A DNA stretch of 32,000 bases from Aliivibrio fischeri ES114 (GTDB lineage Bacteria > Pseudomonadota > Gammaproteobacteria > Enterobacterales > Vibrionaceae), in assembly GCF_000011805.1 (NCBI RefSeq), contig NC_006840.2; one strand, 5' to 3'. The stretch's first letter is position 1. Every line of letters starts with the position of its first letter. The notes below the pieces were generated by a model, which was not told where the DNA came from, made no database searches, and worked only from the letters and a program-made list of their open reading frames with translations. Of this stretch, positions 25,793-32,000 are shown one piece after another. The translations under genes were made by a program, and so were the position numbers.

Positions 25793-26706
25793 TGGATAAG
25801 GCAATCAATCTTAATCATCAAACAAAAGCAACTAAGTTCAATCGCCATGTCCTCACAAAAAACCTAGGGCTATTCTTTAGCTATGCGTTTTTAATTTCGA
25901 TGGTGATCGTCATTATTTACCCTATTTTGGTTACGTTAATGAGTGCATTTAACGTCAGTAACTCACTCTATTCAACCTCATTTTTTCCTGAAAACTTCAG
26001 CTTAACGGAAAACTTTGTTTCGCTATTTACGGATATTCCTTACTTAAGTTGGTATCGAAATACCTTCTTAGTATCGATTATAACGATGGTGCTTTCTACC
26101 GCAATTGTAACCGTGTCTGGCTTTGTTTATTCACGCTACCGTTACCAATCACGTAAAAGTGCATTGATGTCACTATTGATCATTCAAATCATCCCATCGG
26201 GTAGTGGTTTGATCGCGCTTTACGCTATTGCAAGTTCAATTGGGATCTACAGCTCTGAGAATGCCACATTATATACCTACATCTTTATGATCCTTATCTA
26301 CACCACAGGTGGGATAACCATGAACACCATTTTGATGAAAGGTTACTACGATTCCATTCCTCGAGCTTTGGATGAATCAGCAAAAATTGATGGCGCAACA
26401 CAAATGCAGATCTTCACAGAGATTCTACTGCCGTTAGTAAAACCGATGATCATGGTTATTGCGATTTTCTGTTTCTTAGGCCCGATTGGCGACATCATCA
26501 TGCCGAAATTCCTGATCGCAAGTATGAGTGCAGAAGCGAAAACATTGGCCGTTGGTCTCATGGGGCTTATCAACAATATTAAAGAATCAAGCTACAACGT
26601 GTTTGCTGCAGGGGCGGTCTTGGCTGCAATTCCTCCTGTAGTTGTATTTTATAAATTTCAAGATTATATCGTGGGCGGCTTAACGTCTGGTGGAGTAAAA
26701 GGATAA
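25792..26706 (+). CDS. malG: Maltose/maltodextrin ABC transporter permease
   Basis: IPRALDESAKIDGATQMQIFTEILLPLVKPMIMV (EAA loop), overlapping malF. Confidence 0.9.
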   Translation: MDKAINLNHQTKATKFNRHVLTKNLGLFFSYAFLISMVIVIIYPILVTLMSAFNVSNSLYSTSFFPENFSLTENFVSLFTDIPYLSWYRNTFLVSIITMVLSTAIVTVSGFVYSRYRYQSRKSALMSLLIIQIIPSGSGLIALYAIASSIGIYSSENATLYTYIFMILIYTTGGITMNTILMKGYYDSIPRALDESAKIDGATQMQIFTEILLPLVKPMIMVIAIFCFLGPIGDIIMPKFLIASMSAEAKTLAVGLMGLINNIKESSYNVFAAGAVLAAIPPVVVFYKFQDYIVGGLTSGGVKG

Positions 26707-27842
26707 TGAGCAAGATTTCACTAAGAAACATCAATAAAAAATACCCTAATTCTGATACCTACTCAGTAAGTAACTTCAACATCGATATTGAAGAAGGTGA
26801 GTTTATTGTACTTGTTGGCCCATCGGGGTGCGGTAAGTCCACCACGCTTCGTATGATTGCAGGGTTAGAAGATATTACCGAAGGCGAATTCATCATTGAT
26901 GGCAAAGTCGTTAACAGCGTAAGCTCTAAAGATCGTGATATTGCGATGGTATTCCAAAGCTATGCACTCTACCCACACATGTCTGTTCGCGACAACATTG
27001 GTTATGGATTAAAACTGCGTAACTACCCAGCAAGTGAGATTAAAGATCACGTTGATAATATTTCAAAAGATCTGTTCTTAACAGAATATCTAGAACGCAA
27101 ACCCAAAGAGCTGTCAGGTGGTCAACGTCAACGTGTTGCCCTTGGTCGTGCCATGGTTCGTACTCCAAAATTGTATCTAATGGATGAGCCGTTAAGTAAC
27201 TTGGACGCCAAACTTCGTACTACCACTCGTACTGAGATTTCACGTATGCATCGTGATAAAGGTGCGATCACCATTTACGTAACACATGACCAAGTTGAAG
27301 CAATGACAATGGCTGATCGCATTGTATTAATGTCGATGGGCGAAGTTCAGCAAATTGGTACGCCAAAAGAGTTGTTTACTAACCCTAAAAATAGCTTCGT
27401 TGCGACCTTTATGGGCATGCCTTCAATGAACATTATTGAAGGGGTTTACGAGGGCGGTCAGTTCACTTGTCACTCTTTCACCATCACATTAAGTGAAGAA
27501 GACCAACGCATATTAAATAACGCTGGTTACAACGGTAAATCTGTCTGCTTGGGCGCACGCTCTAGTGCGATTCGTTCAGGCAAGAAATACGAAGAAGCCT
27601 TCCCTGATTGCTGCTTTGAAACCACGGCATTAAACAGCGAATATCTAGGTGATAGCGTCAATGTTTTCTTCGATGCGGCACCAATGAATATGTTTGCTGG
27701 TACTTTGGGTACGGGTGAACCTGACGTTGAGATTGATGAAAAAATCACGTTAGTTATCGATAACACCAAACTTCACTTTTTTGATAGTGACACTCAAGAG
27801 TCGATTAAGTACCCAATCAAAGTGGCTGAGTTCCAAAAATAA
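26706..27842 (+). CDS. malK: Maltose/maltodextrin ABC transporter ATPase
   Basis: Walker A GPSGCGKST, signature LSGGQRQRVALGRAMVR, Walker B LYLMDEP, C-terminal regulatory domain. Confidence 0.92.
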   Translation: MSKISLRNINKKYPNSDTYSVSNFNIDIEEGEFIVLVGPSGCGKSTTLRMIAGLEDITEGEFIIDGKVVNSVSSKDRDIAMVFQSYALYPHMSVRDNIGYGLKLRNYPASEIKDHVDNISKDLFLTEYLERKPKELSGGQRQRVALGRAMVRTPKLYLMDEPLSNLDAKLRTTTRTEISRMHRDKGAITIYVTHDQVEAMTMADRIVLMSMGEVQQIGTPKELFTNPKNSFVATFMGMPSMNIIEGVYEGGQFTCHSFTITLSEEDQRILNNAGYNGKSVCLGARSSAIRSGKKYEEAFPDCCFETTALNSEYLGDSVNVFFDAAPMNMFAGTLGTGEPDVEIDEKITLVIDNTKLHFFDSDTQESIKYPIKVAEFQK

Positions 27843-27856
27843 TGGATCCCATAACC

Positions 27857-27894
27857 CTTCCCTCTTGCGTCACATTACGACGTAGTGAGGGAAG
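27857..27894 (+). other. Intercistronic hairpin between malK and the downstream ORF
   Basis: CTTCCCTC ... GAGGGAAG (8-bp perfect outer stem) with an inner GCGTC/GACGT stem and no T-run after it. Confidence 0.6.
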
Positions 27895-27933
27895 TTCTTC
27901 ACAAATTTCGCCTTAACAAAAAGGAGGCATACC

Positions 27934-28557
27934 TTGATTTTTCGCGGACAACTTCAACGCATTCACGACTACATGTTTCATATTGCGGTTGCCATCGTTA
28001 TTTTTATTTCGGGGTTTATTATCGCCTATAGCAATCTGCCAAAACCTTCGTTTGAATTCAGCACCTTTGTTGAACAACAAGAAAAATTCAAACAATGTGT
28101 AAACAATGAGGCGCTTTTTCTTTCTGCTAAAGGGTTTGAAAATAGCTATGCAACCCTTTCGCTCGAATCCATTCAAAACCAATTTAAAGCACTGCGTGAT
28201 CAGATCCCAAGTGACTGTGGATCATTTCATGTAGAAAGCAGCTATGAACAACTTGAAGAGATGGCCTTACCAGTATTAGCAGAAGCACAACGCTTTTATG
28301 GTTCAAAAGAGGTCAAAGCGGTCAATGCCGTTTACACCACGCCATCTCAATACAATGCATTACTTGAACAGCCACAACCGTATTTATTTTTTATTTCAGA
28401 TAAGCACCAAGAACGCATTGTCGCTATGAAGGTAACACCAACCAAAGAGAGCCTTCACATCACACCTCTTTGGGAATATGAACAGAGCCAAGATCTCGCG
28501 TATACCCAAGGTGAAGTACAAAAGTTATTACTCGTTTACAACGAAATTAAAAGCTAA
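27934..28557 (+). CDS. Membrane-anchored protein of unknown function within the mal cluster
   Basis: N-terminal TM IAVAIVIFISGFIIAYSNL and a soluble domain. Same strand as flanking maltodextrin genes. Confidence 0.65.
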   Translation: MIFRGQLQRIHDYMFHIAVAIVIFISGFIIAYSNLPKPSFEFSTFVEQQEKFKQCVNNEALFLSAKGFENSYATLSLESIQNQFKALRDQIPSDCGSFHVESSYEQLEEMALPVLAEAQRFYGSKEVKAVNAVYTTPSQYNALLEQPQPYLFFISDKHQERIVAMKVTPTKESLHITPLWEYEQSQDLAYTQGEVQKLLLVYNEIKS

Positions 28558-28646
28558 CACCAATCGCTATTTAACTTATTGGCCTATCATAGGCCAAAAA
28601 GGCACAAGCTAGCCGATTAGGTATTTTTTGTCATAAAGGATTTCAC

Positions 28647-30614
28647 ATGAAAATCTCTCTTTCTAAAGCTAACTTTCGCGATATGAATCGCCTTGAAGAA
28701 TCAAATTACTTACTAACCAACGGGTTAGGCGGTTATTCATCATTAACTCTTGCTGGTTCTTGTAGCCGAAATGATCACGCGCTATTTATGGGAAGCCTAG
28801 TGGCTCCTAATAGTCGTTTTTGTTTTGTTCGCCATTTAGATGATCGCCTTACACTGGCAAATGGCACATCACACCCACTCTCTTCTCAAGCAAAAGTGAA
28901 CCCATACGATACAGTTGATTCATCCCTTTTATTTGAAAATTTTAGCCAGACTTACTTACCTCAATACACCTATCGTATCGATGGTATTGAAATCACAAAG
29001 ACCATCGTGATGGCGCAAGGCGTGAACCGCTTAGGGGTTGAATACCGTGTATTTAATCCGTTAAAACACCCATTCACTTTAGATATCACGCCGAAATATC
29101 ACTTCTGTGCGAAAGGTGAGGCATTATCAAAAGAACAAGCTTTCATTCATCAAGAAGGCAAAGTAAGCAGTAACGGACAAACACTGCATTACCGTCATAA
29201 CGGTTCAAATACAGCCCTATCAGCACCAAGCTATGAGTCAGGGTTGTATTTCTCTTATGACGCTCGAGACGGACGTTCGGCAAGCGATGCTCAAGTGGCG
29301 CTGCATACCATTACCTTTGATGGTACAGAGAGTAACGAATCCTTTTTTGTTATCTTCGAGGCAGAAGAAGAACGAGCGCATTACTTAGCACCAAGCTCTA
29401 TTGAAACCATGATCAATGATGAAGTTCAACGTCAGCAAGCGTGTATTACACAATCAGGTCTAAAGAGTACGTTTGCTCAGCAATTGGTTCGAGCGAGTGA
29501 TCAATTTGTCGTAATGCGTGATTCAACCGAATCGAAATCCATCATTGCTGGCTACCCATTCTTTGCCGATTGGGGACGCGATACCATGATTGCACTTTGG
29601 GGATGTAATTTATCCACCAACCAATTTGAAGATGCAAAACAAATATTCAGAACCTTCATCCGTTATGAGCATAAAGGGATCTTACCCAACTTATTCCCTG
29701 AAGCGGGTGTCGAGCCTATGTACAACACCATTGATGCCGCTCTTTTATTTGTGGTGAGCCTGTATGAATATTACCAAGCCAGTAACGATCTCGATTTTAT
29801 TCGTGATGAAGCTTACGACTGCATGGTGAATATTTATCAGCATTATCGCAATGGCACCGATTTCGATATCAAAATGCTAGATAACGGCTTAATTAGCGGT
29901 GGCAGTGGTTTGGATCAACTGACATGGATGGACGTTCGTTATGGCGATATTCTTCCAACGCCTCGCCAAGGTTGCGCCGTTGAGATCAATGCACTTTGGT
30001 ATAACGCGTTATCTATTCTGCATTTCTTTAACCAAAAGTTAGGGAAATCAATGCCAGAATTACCAGCTCTGACTGAGCAAGTAAAAGAAACATTTAATCA
30101 CGCTTTCTATAATGATAAAGGCTATTTAAACGATTGGATTAAAGGTGAGGAAGTGAACCAACAAATTCGTCCAAACCAAGCTTATGCTGTTGGTCTTCCT
30201 TTCCCTATTTTAAGTGAAGAAAAAGCGCGTTCGGTTATTTTAAATATCTACCAGCACCTTTATACCCCGCTGGGTTTACGCTCTTTAGCGATGCAAGATC
30301 CCGAGTTTAAATCGGTACATACTGGGTCTCATTATGATCGTGATATGGCTTACCACCAAGGTACCGTCTGGGGCTTTATGATTGGTCAGTTCCTGATGGG
30401 TATTTTACGTCACTTCCCTAATGACGCGTCACTCATGCACATTGTCGAGCAGTTCATTTCTCATAACCAAGATGCGCTATCTGAAGGGTGTATTGGTCAA
30501 TTAGCTGAAATTTATGATGGTTATTCACCTAACCAATCTCGTGGCTGTTTTGCTCAAGCTTGGAGCGTCAGCGAAGTGTTACGTGTTCTTAAACATTATG
30601 AAGAACGTATCTAA
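28647..30614 (+). CDS. Amylo-alpha-1,6-glucosidase / glycogen debranching enzyme family (GDE)
   Basis: NYLLTNGLGGYSSLTLAGSCSRNDHALFMGSLVAP...DDRLTL (GDE N domain) and FADWGRDTMIALWG (GDE C domain). Confidence 0.85.
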   Translation: MKISLSKANFRDMNRLEESNYLLTNGLGGYSSLTLAGSCSRNDHALFMGSLVAPNSRFCFVRHLDDRLTLANGTSHPLSSQAKVNPYDTVDSSLLFENFSQTYLPQYTYRIDGIEITKTIVMAQGVNRLGVEYRVFNPLKHPFTLDITPKYHFCAKGEALSKEQAFIHQEGKVSSNGQTLHYRHNGSNTALSAPSYESGLYFSYDARDGRSASDAQVALHTITFDGTESNESFFVIFEAEEERAHYLAPSSIETMINDEVQRQQACITQSGLKSTFAQQLVRASDQFVVMRDSTESKSIIAGYPFFADWGRDTMIALWGCNLSTNQFEDAKQIFRTFIRYEHKGILPNLFPEAGVEPMYNTIDAALLFVVSLYEYYQASNDLDFIRDEAYDCMVNIYQHYRNGTDFDIKMLDNGLISGGSGLDQLTWMDVRYGDILPTPRQGCAVEINALWYNALSILHFFNQKLGKSMPELPALTEQVKETFNHAFYNDKGYLNDWIKGEEVNQQIRPNQAYAVGLPFPILSEEKARSVILNIYQHLYTPLGLRSLAMQDPEFKSVHTGSHYDRDMAYHQGTVWGFMIGQFLMGILRHFPNDASLMHIVEQFISHNQDALSEGCIGQLAEIYDGYSPNQSRGCFAQAWSVSEVLRVLKHYEERI

Positions 30615-30647
30615 CCATTACGAACTTAACGCTAAACGGTATTAATA

Positions 30648-32000
30648 ATGATTACAAAAGCAGCGATTTATCATCGATCTCACTCTAGTTATTCTTATGC
30701 ATATGATAAGGATACGCTTCATTTGCGAATTCGTACCGCAAAAGGAGAAGTAGACAATGCGACGCTAAGAATTGGCGACCCATACGATTGGACTTTTGGT
30801 GGCGGTGGCGGCAATTTAAATGCTGAAGACGCAAGCGGCTGGACAGGTGGAACCAACTTACCCATGATAAAAGAGTGTGAAACAGAACTGTTTGACTACT
30901 GGTTTTGTGAAGCACAACCTCGCTTTTATCGTGCACGTTACGCTTTCCTTCTTGAAGGCAAAGACAGTGAAAAATTACTGGTAAGCGAAAAACTCATCAC
31001 CCAAATAACCGATGACGCCGATCCAATACTCAGTCAATTACTGAATTTTTATTGCTTCCCATACATGAACCCAACTGATGTGTTTAACGCACCAGAATGG
31101 GTTAAAGAAACCATTTGGTATCAAATTTTCCCAGAGCGTTTTGCTAATGGTGACCCATCTATCTCACCAAAAAATGTACTGCCTTGGGGATCTGAAGATC
31201 CAAAAACCAACAGTTTCTTTGGTGGCGATTTACAAGGGGTTATTGATCATCTTGATTACCTGCAAGATCTCGGTATTACTGGTATTTATTTCACACCTAT
31301 CACTCAAGGTGAAACGAACCATAAATACGACACCACCGATTATTTAAAAGTAGACCCCGCTTTTGGTAGTGATGAAACGGTTCATACTTTAATAGATGAA
31401 GCACATAAACGTGGCATGAAAGTCATGCTAGATGCGGTATTTAATCATATCGGTGCTAATTCAATTCAGTGGCAAGATGTCATTAAACATGGAAAAGACT
31501 CTCAATACATCGATTGGTTTTATGTCGAGCAATTTCCACTGATTGATGAGTCAAAAAAAGCGTACCACAGTAAAGAGCAATTAAATTATCGTGCCTTTGC
31601 TTTTGCGCAAAACATGCCAAAACTCAATACAGAAAATCCAGAAGTGATTGAATACCTAATTGAAGTTGGCCGCTACTGGGTGAAAAACTTTGACATTGAT
31701 GCATGGCGTTTAGATGTAGCAAACGAAGTTGATCAACGTTTTTGGCGACGCTTCCGTGATGAACTAAAAGCCATCAAACCTGAGTTATATATTTTAGGTG
31801 AAGTGTGGCACGACTCAATGAACTGGCTAGGTGGTGATCAGTTTGATGGCGTAATGAATTACCCATTAGCGGATGCCATGTTAGGCTTTTTTGCCCATGA
31901 CAACCTAAGTGCAAATCAGTTTAAATTTGCGGTAAATGACGTTAATGCCAACTACCCTATTAACGTGAATGAAGTGGCCTTTTCATTACTTGATAGCCAC
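30648..32000 (+). CDS. GH13 alpha-amylase-family enzyme (maltodextrin glucosidase / neopullulanase-like), truncated by the window end
   Basis: Open frame with no stop before 32000. MITKAAIYHRSTHSSYSYAYD..., YQIFPERFANGD, MLDAVFNHIG, DAWRLDVANEV, YILGEVWHD. Absent from the ORF track because it has no stop. Confidence 0.9.
   Translation, partial: MITKAAIYHRSHSSYSYAYDKDTLHLRIRTAKGEVDNATLRIGDPYDWTFGGGGGNLNAEDASGWTGGTNLPMIKECETELFDYWFCEAQPRFYRARYAFLLEGKDSEKLLVSEKLITQITDDADPILSQLLNFYCFPYMNPTDVFNAPEWVKETIWYQIFPERFANGDPSISPKNVLPWGSEDPKTNSFFGGDLQGVIDHLDYLQDLGITGIYFTPITQGETNHKYDTTDYLKVDPAFGSDETVHTLIDEAHKRGMKVMLDAVFNHIGANSIQWQDVIKHGKDSQYIDWFYVEQFPLIDESKKAYHSKEQLNYRAFAFAQNMPKLNTENPEVIEYLIEVGRYWVKNFDIDAWRLDVANEVDQRFWRRFRDELKAIKPELYILGEVWHDSMNWLGGDQFDGVMNYPLADAMLGFFAHDNLSANQFKFAVNDVNANYPINVNEVAFSLLDSH

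Noticed and set aside
31078-31347. ORF 31078..31347 on the plus strand
   Set aside because: It overlaps the clear GH13 coding frame starting at 30648 in another frame and has no motif.
1-32000. CRISPR array, retron or transposon structure
   Set aside because: I saw no regularly spaced repeats of CRISPR size, no reverse transcriptase motif and no transposase. Mu-like genes here are only tail/baseplate, and integration is by tyrosine integrase at ssrA.

Overview
The window is the integrase-proximal part of a temperate tailed-phage genome in a Vibrionaceae-like chromosome (host assignment is inference), from about 1 to 20993, followed by chromosomal genes. Reading leftward on the minus strand, the prophage has Cro-like/Cox-like/CII-like regulators, a cluster of small early ORFs, a rolling-circle (HUH) replication initiator, an exonuclease-like protein, and an Ogr/Delta-like zinc-finger activator. 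These are followed by a Mu-like baseplate module (gp43, 44, 45, 46, 47, 48-like), a tail fibre, and a lysis cassette. The lysis cassette converges on the C-terminus of a plus-strand gene that looks like a P2-type portal. On the plus strand are a CI/S24 repressor, accessory genes, and a tyrosine integrase that abuts a displaced 3' end of ssrA (tmRNA) at 20967-20993. Chromosomal genes after the junction are a chemotaxis receptor and a maltodextrin cluster (malE, malF, malG, malK, an uncharacterised membrane-anchored protein, a GDE-type debranching enzyme, and a GH13 enzyme running off the window). The strongest candidate for an undescribed system is the overlapping three-gene cassette at 17703-19823. 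It encodes a GHKL/Bergerat-fold ATPase, a DUF4325 STAS-like protein and a membrane protein, and it sits between repressor and integrase, bounded by a 10-bp-stem hairpin. Its role (defence, superinfection exclusion or lysogenic signalling) is a hypothesis only.
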